Shown here in pieces: positions 17,708-24,329 of a stretch of DNA of 26,444 nucleotides. The notes beneath the pieces are model-generated. The model was not told the origin of the DNA. It did not search any database and saw only the letters and a program-made list of their open reading frames with translations. Source of the DNA: Candidatus Nanohalobium sp. (lineage in GTDB: Archaea; Nanohalarchaeota; Nanosalinia; Nanosalinales; Nanosalinaceae); assembly GCA_042217545.1 (NCBI GenBank), contig JBDGSM010000056.1, positions 1 to 26,444 on the forward strand, given 5' to 3'. The position numbers and the translations under genes were made by a program. Each line of letters opens with the position of its first letter. Position 1 is the first letter of the stretch.

Positions 17708-18205
17708 ATGGAGACACCGCTGCTGAAGAGAAGGCTTAACCCTTTCCTGCTTGTATCAACTGTGGTAGTTCTTTCGCTGCTTGCAGGTCTTTCAGTCCTG
17801 TACCAGTCAGAACTCAATGATCTTGTGACTGCCAGGAAAAATCTTTCATCAAATCTTCACGCCAGCAACCAGAGGATTGACACACTGGAGGCGAGGATAG
17901 GAAATCTTACAGAGACACGTTCCGACCTGAACAGCAGCGTCTCAAACCTGAAGAAACTGTTAAGCGAGAAAGAGGCCCTGCTGGAGCAGAGAAACAGTAC
18001 TGTACACCGCCTGAGGACAAGTCTCGATGAAAAGAACAAGACCGCTAACTCGCTGAGATCGCAGGTGGAAAGCCTCAACTCCACGCTTGAAGGCCTGAAA
18101 GCGAACTTCAGCCAGATGCAGAGCAACTTCACAGATGTCTGCAACAATAACTACAACAACTTGACGGAGAGCAGCCAGAAAACCTGCGACAAGAGCATTC
18201 CATGA
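17708..18205 (+). CDS. Membrane-anchored/secreted coiled-coil protein rich in N-glycosylation sequons
   Basis: ATG 17708 (METPLLKRRLN) is preferred over TTG 17630. Basic n-region plus hydrophobic helix, long heptad repeat, 9 N-x-S/T sequons and two C-terminal Cys. Confidence 0.75.
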   Translation: METPLLKRRLNPFLLVSTVVVLSLLAGLSVLYQSELNDLVTARKNLSSNLHASNQRIDTLEARIGNLTETRSDLNSSVSNLKKLLSEKEALLEQRNSTVHRLRTSLDEKNKTANSLRSQVESLNSTLEGLKANFSQMQSNFTDVCNNNYNNLTESSQKTCDKSIP

Positions 18206-18209
18206 TAAG

Positions 18210-18971
18210 ATGAGAGTAGAAAAACTGCTGAAACGCCTGAAGAGAGAGTTCATAAAGGTCAACGTTATACAGGCCTCTCTCGATGCTATAGGTTTTTTCC
18301 TGGCGTTAAACCTGTTGACATTCCTCTTCTCGATCGAGATAGTTTCAAGCATCGGAAATCCGTCGGTCCTGTTGGGCCTTTCTACTCTCTTTTTCATCGG
18401 AGATCTTATCTACCGGGTTAGAAACTACAGACTTGAGATCTACGAGGAGAAGAACCCTGAACTCCGTGAAGTACTGAGGACGGCACGTGACAACCTGGGA
18501 AAAAGCGATATAGCATCTCAGGCCCTGTTCGACGATCTCATGGATCGTGCCCGCTCCGTTACGTCGGACAGCATAATCCCGAGCAAGGTAATTATTCAGA
18601 AGATACTTCTCGTAGGTGCATTAAGCTTTCTGACCGCTCTATCCGGTATTGCCGACATCCAGGTGCAGAAGAACCCTACAGAAATCCTGCGCGGCTTTGA
18701 ACCTCTGGGCGGTCATGGCTCAGGCCCCCACGGCCCTGGCGTGGGACAGGTAGAGCTGAAGAACTCCTCCAGGATCCTAGGAACTCCAGAGAAGATAAAC
18801 GTGAACACGAACATCTCGATAAAAATCGAAGGAGAGGGTAAGAAGACGAGCCCGGGTTTCAAGACCTATTCAGGGGATGAGAAGATGGCTTTCGAGGCTG
18901 CTGATCCGCGGATGCCAGATAACCTGAAGCTGGCGAGGAAGTATAGCCTGGCTATCAAGGAGTTCAGCTAG
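18210..18971 (+). CDS. Membrane protein (3 TM) of the MoxR/DUF58 cluster
   Basis: Three hydrophobic segments with 'ExxNPELREVLRTARDN' between them; located directly upstream of MoxR. Confidence 0.7.
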   Translation: MRVEKLLKRLKREFIKVNVIQASLDAIGFFLALNLLTFLFSIEIVSSIGNPSVLLGLSTLFFIGDLIYRVRNYRLEIYEEKNPELREVLRTARDNLGKSDIASQALFDDLMDRARSVTSDSIIPSKVIIQKILLVGALSFLTALSGIADIQVQKNPTEILRGFEPLGGHGSGPHGPGVGQVELKNSSRILGTPEKINVNTNISIKIEGEGKKTSPGFKTYSGDEKMAFEAADPRMPDNLKLARKYSLAIKEFS

Positions 18972-19017
18972 AGTCCTGTCTCCGAATTTAAATATCTGAA
19001 GCCCGTATAATTACAGT

Positions 19018-19983
19018 ATGAAGATAAAAAGCATGAGCGAGTCGAAGAAGTACGAGAAGGCGAACGAAAAACTGGCGGAGATCAAGGAGGAGGTCGGAAA
19101 AGTGATAGTCGGCCAGGAGAAGATCATCGACCAGGTTCTCGTATCGATCCTCTGCGATGGGAACATTCTGCTCGAATCCAATCCTGGTATGGGTAAGACC
19201 AAGATAGTGCATACTATTTCAAAGGTTGTAGGCCTTGAGTTCTCCCGCATCCAGTCGACTCCGGACCTGATGCCTTCAGATATTACAGGAACCCATATTA
19301 TCGATGAAGATGCGGACGATGCGGAGTTTGTCTTCCAGAAAGGCCCTATCTTTGCGAACATGGTCCTGGCGGACGAGATAAACCGTGCCACGCCGAAGAC
19401 ACAGTCCGCACTGCTTGAGGCTATGCAGGAGAAACAGGTTACGGTGGGGAACCAGAGCTACAAGCTCGAGGAGCCTTTCTTCCTCATGGCGACACAGAAT
19501 CCTATCGAGCAGGAGGGAACTTATCCGCTTCCGGAGGCGCAGCGAGACAGGTTCATGATGAAAGTCGAGCTGGATTATCCAAGCGGTGACGAGGAAACAG
19601 AGATCGTTGAAAGGTTCACGGAGGAGCTGAACTTCGATCCAGACCTCGACCAGGTGATCTCACAGCCATCCCTGATCAAGCTACAGGAGTTCACACGCAA
19701 CGTTCCTATCGCCGACGACATCAGAGAACACGCAGTAAAGGTCGTAAGGGAGACAAGGAACAAAGAGGAGCTCAACTACGGTGCATCCCCCAGGGCTTCG
19801 ATGAACCTTGTACTGGCAGCAAAAGCAAAGGCCCTGATCGAAGGCCGGAACCATGTATCGGTTTCAGACATCAACGCAATGGCAGAACCTGTTCTCAGGC
19901 ACAGAGTAGGCCTGAGCTTCAAAGCGGAGAAAGAGGGGAAGGACGAGGACCAGGTAGTACAGGAGATAGTCCATAGCCTATGA
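19018..19983 (+). CDS. moxR: MoxR-family AAA+ ATPase
   Basis: Walker A PGMGKT, RIQxTPDLMPSDITG, Walker B LADEINRATPKTQSALLEAMQE, ATQNPIEQEGTYPLPEAQxDRF and GASPR. The start may be ATG 19033. Confidence 0.95.
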   Translation: MKIKSMSESKKYEKANEKLAEIKEEVGKVIVGQEKIIDQVLVSILCDGNILLESNPGMGKTKIVHTISKVVGLEFSRIQSTPDLMPSDITGTHIIDEDADDAEFVFQKGPIFANMVLADEINRATPKTQSALLEAMQEKQVTVGNQSYKLEEPFFLMATQNPIEQEGTYPLPEAQRDRFMMKVELDYPSGDEETEIVERFTEELNFDPDLDQVISQPSLIKLQEFTRNVPIADDIREHAVKVVRETRNKEELNYGASPRASMNLVLAAKAKALIEGRNHVSVSDINAMAEPVLRHRVGLSFKAEKEGKDEDQVVQEIVHSL

Positions 19984-20843
19984 TAGAGCTCGACTTCCTT
20001 GAGGAACTTGAGAAGTTTCAGATCGCTCTTAAGAAGAACTCAACCGAGATCAAGGAAGGAGAGCAGGCAAGCGCCAGAAGCGGCCAGGGAATGATCTTCA
20101 AAGACCACAAACAGTATGTGCCAGGAGATGACATAAGAAAGATCGACTGGAAGGCCTACGCCCGTACAAAAGACTTCTTCATTAAACGTTTCGAGGAAGA
20201 GAAGAACGTTACAGTCCACATAGTCCTTGACAGAAGCAGCTCCATGGACTACGGTGAAAACAACAAGTACGAGTACGCCGCGAAGATAGGCCTTGCTGCC
20301 GCATATATGGCATCGAAGACCAACGATCGTTTCCGGTTCTCAGTGTTTTCAGAGACTCTTACAGATCTTACAGCGGCAAGAAGAAACGGTAACCTTGCAG
20401 GCCTTGTTGACAGTTTGAATAATATCAGGAAGACTCCGGAAAGCAGGATAGAGCGCTGTATTACCGAGTACAGCAGCAGAATCGAGAATAAATCAGTTGT
20501 TATAATTCTATCAGACTTCCTTGAGGACTCTAATGAGATAGAGTCGGCACTGGAAAGCCTCCAGCATACTGATGCCATCCTAGTGAACGTGCTGGATGAG
20601 ACAGAGCTGAATCCTGATATAGAGGGCGATGCGATACTGAAGGATCCTGAGTCGAGTTCGAAGCTGAGGACTTACCTGTCTCCGAGGACGAAGAACAGGT
20701 ACAGGGAACGCCTGGATGAACACACGGAGGCTATAGAGGAGAACTCCCTGAAGAACGGAGCAGGATACATCAAGGTTTCGACAGGTGACGACTTCTTCGA
20801 GTCATTCATGAAGGTCTGGGACCTTGTCAACAGGGAGAATTAA
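19980..20843 (+). CDS. DUF58 (vWA-like) MoxR partner protein
   Basis: G.G..F.DH..Y.PGDDIR.IDWK..AR, DRSSSM and VIILSDF; ATGA overlap with moxR. Confidence 0.92.
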   Translation: MIELDFLEELEKFQIALKKNSTEIKEGEQASARSGQGMIFKDHKQYVPGDDIRKIDWKAYARTKDFFIKRFEEEKNVTVHIVLDRSSSMDYGENNKYEYAAKIGLAAAYMASKTNDRFRFSVFSETLTDLTAARRNGNLAGLVDSLNNIRKTPESRIERCITEYSSRIENKSVVIILSDFLEDSNEIESALESLQHTDAILVNVLDETELNPDIEGDAILKDPESSSKLRTYLSPRTKNRYRERLDEHTEAIEENSLKNGAGYIKVSTGDDFFESFMKVWDLVNREN

Positions 20844-20872
20844 AGAGATTTCAGGCCTCAAACATTCCTGTA

Positions 20873-21613
20873 ATGAATATCCTGGAGTTCGAAACAGTAG
20901 GCTCTCTACCCGCCGTTTACCATGAAGGCCTTGACCTCGCGGTTATATCGGACCTTCACCTGGGCCTGGAGGGGGGAATGACCTCGAAGGGAAGTTACGT
21001 GCCCAAGTTCCAGCTGGACGAGCTGCTGGAAGACCTTCGGGAGATCCGGAAGCGCACACGGGCCTCCCGGCTGCTTGTCAACGGCGACCTGAAGAACGAG
21101 TTCAAGACAAGTCTTTACTCGGAGAGATCGGAGATAGAGAAGTTCCTGGACGAGGCGGAAGACCTATTCGACGAACTGATACTGATAGAGGGTAACCATG
21201 ATACGTTTATCGAGTCGACTGTTGAGAAGAAAGGCTACGAACTTGAGAAGTTCCACCTGGAGGACGGAGTCCTGTTCACTCACGGCCACATCTCCCTGGA
21301 AAAGCTTGACGTCGAGGAAGATTTCGAGACAGTTGTTATAGGGCATGAGCATCCTGCTCTCGAACTCGAGGACGATATCGGGGTGAAGGAGAAAGTTAAC
21401 TGCTTTCTCTACGGCAGGAACTCCGAGGGAAAGGCCTTGATCGTGATGCCTGCGTTTTCCACCATCTCCAACGGTTCAGGCGTCAACAGGATGCCTTCCC
21501 GGGAACTGCTTTCACCTATCCTGAGAGAGTTCAGAGACAAGAGTTCCATGAAGGCGCTGGCTGTTTCACGTGAAGCAGGCCTGTTCGAGTTCCCTGAGAT
21601 AGGTAAGATCTAG
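20873..21613 (+). CDS. Calcineurin-like metallophosphoesterase (archaeal ICC-like)
   Basis: SDLHLG, NGD, GNHD, HGH, GHEHP and MPAF motifs. Confidence 0.92.
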   Translation: MNILEFETVGSLPAVYHEGLDLAVISDLHLGLEGGMTSKGSYVPKFQLDELLEDLREIRKRTRASRLLVNGDLKNEFKTSLYSERSEIEKFLDEAEDLFDELILIEGNHDTFIESTVEKKGYELEKFHLEDGVLFTHGHISLEKLDVEEDFETVVIGHEHPALELEDDIGVKEKVNCFLYGRNSEGKALIVMPAFSTISNGSGVNRMPSRELLSPILREFRDKSSMKALAVSREAGLFEFPEIGKI

Positions 21614-22782
21614 TTCCTACCCAGCAAGGCGAATCCAAGGATTGCTACCGCCACTCCAGAGGCGGCCAGGAACGAGACCTGCAGGCCCCAGATCGAGGCG
21701 ATCGTTCCCGCAAAGAAAGGTCCCAGTGTCTGTCCTGCGTGCTTGAACAGTTCCAGGAAACCTGTTAGTTCTCCTTCCAGCTCGTCAGGACATCTGTTGT
21801 CGAACTCTGCGTGGATCGCCGGCGACATCCCCGAGGAGAAGATTCTTGCTATGAAGAAGAGCACTCCTAGCAGAACCACGTTGGTGACGAAGTTCATCGC
21901 TACCAGCGTCGGCGCCAGAAGGAGTGCAAGTACTGAGAGAACTTTCATCCGGCCGAAGCGGTCGGCGAGCTCTCCGAAGAGGAACTGTAAGACCTTCGGC
22001 ATCGCAGCCACTCCGAAGATTATACCCATCATGATATATCCTGCGTCAACCTTATCCAGGAGGAGCGGCATAGCAAGCCAGTAGAACGAGAAAATTATGC
22101 TGTAGAGGAAGACCAGGCTGAAAGGGAACCAGAGATGACTCCAGTTCTCCTTCACATCCCCCCATTCATCCATGTACGTCTTCCTATGCATAAGCTCCTC
22201 GAAAGAGTCCGAAATACCTTCCTTCAGCTCAAGGCCTATGTAGCTGTAGAAAACAATTATAGAGAACAGTGAGGCAAAGATCCAGAGCAGGAACGGAAGC
22301 TTGAAACCGTAGGACTGGATCAGGAAACCTCCAAATATCGGACCGATAACAACACTCAGATTAATGCCCAGAAGGAAGACTGAGATGGATTCAGACTCCA
22401 CATCATCGTCCGCAGACCTCATCGAAAGCGACCAGCCGCCATTCCAGATAAAGACCTTGGCAACGCCTTCAAAGGCCTTACCCAGGACCAGCAGGATAGG
22501 TAAAGCAGAGAAATACAGGAGTCCAGGAAGTACAGCGGTGCTGAGGCCTAGAAATATTACAAATTTTTCTCCAACCCTCTGAACCAGGTTCCCTACCGGT
22601 ATGTCAAGTAGTATAGGTATTGCAGCCGGTAGAGAGGTCATTATACCTATCAGAAATACGCTGGGAACCTGCTGCCGGAAAAAAATCGGTAGGAACATCC
22701 ATACCGTGCTTCTGCCTATCCATGCAAGCAGGAACACTGCGGACAAATACTTTGCTATGTCAGGTACCCTGTCCAGATCCAC
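21610..22782 (-). CDS. Major facilitator superfamily transporter
   Basis: About 12 hydrophobic segments; MFS motif A twice (GNLVQRVGEK; GELADRFGRMK); GPxxGG motif. Confidence 0.92.
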   Translation of the reverse strand: MDLDRVPDIAKYLSAVFLLAWIGRSTVWMFLPIFFRQQVPSVFLIGIMTSLPAAIPILLDIPVGNLVQRVGEKFVIFLGLSTAVLPGLLYFSALPILLVLGKAFEGVAKVFIWNGGWSLSMRSADDDVESESISVFLLGINLSVVIGPIFGGFLIQSYGFKLPFLLWIFASLFSIIVFYSYIGLELKEGISDSFEELMHRKTYMDEWGDVKENWSHLWFPFSLVFLYSIIFSFYWLAMPLLLDKVDAGYIMMGIIFGVAAMPKVLQFLFGELADRFGRMKVLSVLALLLAPTLVAMNFVTNVVLLGVLFFIARIFSSGMSPAIHAEFDNRCPDELEGELTGFLELFKHAGQTLGPFFAGTIASIWGLQVSFLAASGVAVAILGFALLGRN

Positions 22783-22798
22783 AGGAAAACTTCAGAAT

Positions 22799-23059
22799 CT
22801 AGTAAGTTATAAATGATTCCTCGTCCGAGGACTCTTCCTCAAATACGTCCTCCTCATCGTACTCGTACTCATCTTCCTCCGCCTTTCCTTCATCTTCCTG
22901 TTTCATGAGCTCCTGCTTCGCCTTCTCCTTGATCTCCTGGTAGCGCTCACGGGCAGAATCCTTCTCAGCAGTACCTGCCTCCTCCTTCTTAACCTTCTCA
23001 TAACGCTCCTCACTGGACTCCTCACCAGAAGACTTCGCGGCCTCAAGGAACTTATTCAT
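22799..23059 (-). CDS. Small highly acidic low-complexity protein
   Basis: Likely start is ATG 23059 (MNKFLEAAK), overlapping the upstream stop, with SD-like GAGGTGG upstream; internal repeat (ERYEKVK / ERYQEIK). Confidence 0.65.
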   Translation of the reverse strand: MNKFLEAAKSSGEESSEERYEKVKKEEAGTAEKDSARERYQEIKEKAKQELMKQEDEGKAEEDEYEYDEEDVFEEESSDEESFITY

Positions 23060-23321
23060 CGTCCTCATCCACCTCCTCGGCCTCAACAGCCTTTCTCTTA
23101 GAACCAACGAACGGGAGGAAATCCGCTACTTTAACCAGGCGTTCAACAGTCTCAGCAGTCTGCTCGACCGACTCTGCAGACCTCTCCGCGGACTCGATCA
23201 CATCCTCAAACTTTCTCAACACCAGAAGCCCAAACACAAACAAGGCCAGGAAAACTACCTTCACCAGTATATCCAGCACCAGATTGATAACTGCAAGCGA
23301 GTTGACAACAGTCATAACCAT
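23052..23321 (-). CDS. Small membrane protein (N-terminal TM plus short coiled coil)
   Basis: Hydrophobic N-terminal half, then IESAERSAESVEQTAETV, then an acidic tail. Confidence 0.7.
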   Translation of the reverse strand: MVMTVVNSLAVINLVLDILVKVVFLALFVFGLLVLRKFEDVIESAERSAESVEQTAETVERLVKVADFLPFVGSKRKAVEAEEVDEDDE

Positions 23322-23433
23322 AAATTAAGTGAAAATACGGTTTATATCCTTCGGTCCTCAACAGCAGAAGTCCTCTAAACCCGATTTAGGAAACCATTAA
23401 AAGCCTATAACCCGAATTTTCACATGTGATAAC

Positions 23434-23775
23434 ATGGTAGAAGTCCCAGAAGACACCGAAGTAGAAGACCTTCCGTTCACACACGCAAGGATCAAAAGAA
23501 TGATCAGGGAGAAAGCCGGCGACGGACAGTACGTCCGCTCAAACGTGTACTACGGCCTAAACCTCCTCCTAGGGGAAATCGCAGAAGAAATCATCGACAA
23601 CATGATGGACACGGACGCAGCATACGTCGAAAAACACCACCTGGACCACGCAGCAAGAAAATACGAAAAAGTCGAAAACATCATTCAGGAAAAAGAACGC
23701 GTCTCAAGAAAGCTGGATGCACTCGCAGCAGACATCGAAAAACTCTCCCGCGAAGTACAGCAAAGCGACCACTAA
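23434..23775 (+). CDS. Histone-fold protein with C-terminal coiled-coil extension
   Basis: LPFxxARIKRMI...YV...L...EIAEEII...YVEKHHLDHA matches histone-fold helix/loop spacing, followed by a ~35-aa heptad helix. Confidence 0.65.
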   Translation: MVEVPEDTEVEDLPFTHARIKRMIREKAGDGQYVRSNVYYGLNLLLGEIAEEIIDNMMDTDAAYVEKHHLDHAARKYEKVENIIQEKERVSRKLDALAADIEKLSREVQQSDH

Positions 23776-23776
23776 A

Positions 23777-23795
23777 AGGCCTGAAACACAGGCCT
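23777..23795 (+). terminator. AGGCCT-based hairpin right after the histone-fold gene stop
   Basis: AGGCCTG-AAACA-CAGGCCT followed by pyrimidine-rich TATTTTCCCTCACTTCTCC. Confidence 0.45.
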
Positions 23796-23859
23796 AACAT
23801 ATTTTCCCTCACTTCTCCAAACCATTCTGATTTAATTCTTTGACCTCAAAACCCTCTTT

Positions 23860-24204
23860 ATGAGGTTCGAAAGCGAAGTAGTAAGCGAAGAACTACTGCC
23901 AGCGATCAGAAGCATAATGGCCTCACAGCTCAAACAGGAATACGGATTAAAACAGGAAGAAATAGCCAAAAAAATAGACATCACACAGCCAGCCGTAAGC
24001 CAGTATCTATCAGGAAACCGAGCCAACCAGTCCACAGTCAAAACACTGAAAGACGACCCACAGATCGAAATAATACTCAGAGACGCAACAGGCAAAGCAG
24101 CCAAAGACCAGGAATTCTCCCAGGAAATAAGCCAGGCCATACAAACCGTCAGAGACAAAGGCCTACTCAAAGACAAATTCTCAGATACCGAAAAAATCAT
24201 CTAA
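23860..24204 (+). CDS. XRE-type HTH transcriptional regulator (archaeal, COG2522-like)
   Basis: E.....LLPAIRSIMA..L...YGLKQEEIAKKIDITQPAVSQYLSGNR. Confidence 0.85.
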   Translation: MRFESEVVSEELLPAIRSIMASQLKQEYGLKQEEIAKKIDITQPAVSQYLSGNRANQSTVKTLKDDPQIEIILRDATGKAAKDQEFSQEISQAIQTVRDKGLLKDKFSDTEKII

Positions 24205-24329
24205 GACGAGTTTTTTCTCGTTATCAGAAAATTCTCTAGAGTTCTAATCGCAGAAAATAAGACCTGCACCTACGACAGGGAAACCTGTTCCTGAATAGTT
24301 AGTATGCCGGACTCGGGAAAAACAGTTTT

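Noticed and set aside
21610..21613. Convergent genes sharing stop codons in CTAG
   Set aside because: Ordinary consequence of genome compaction.
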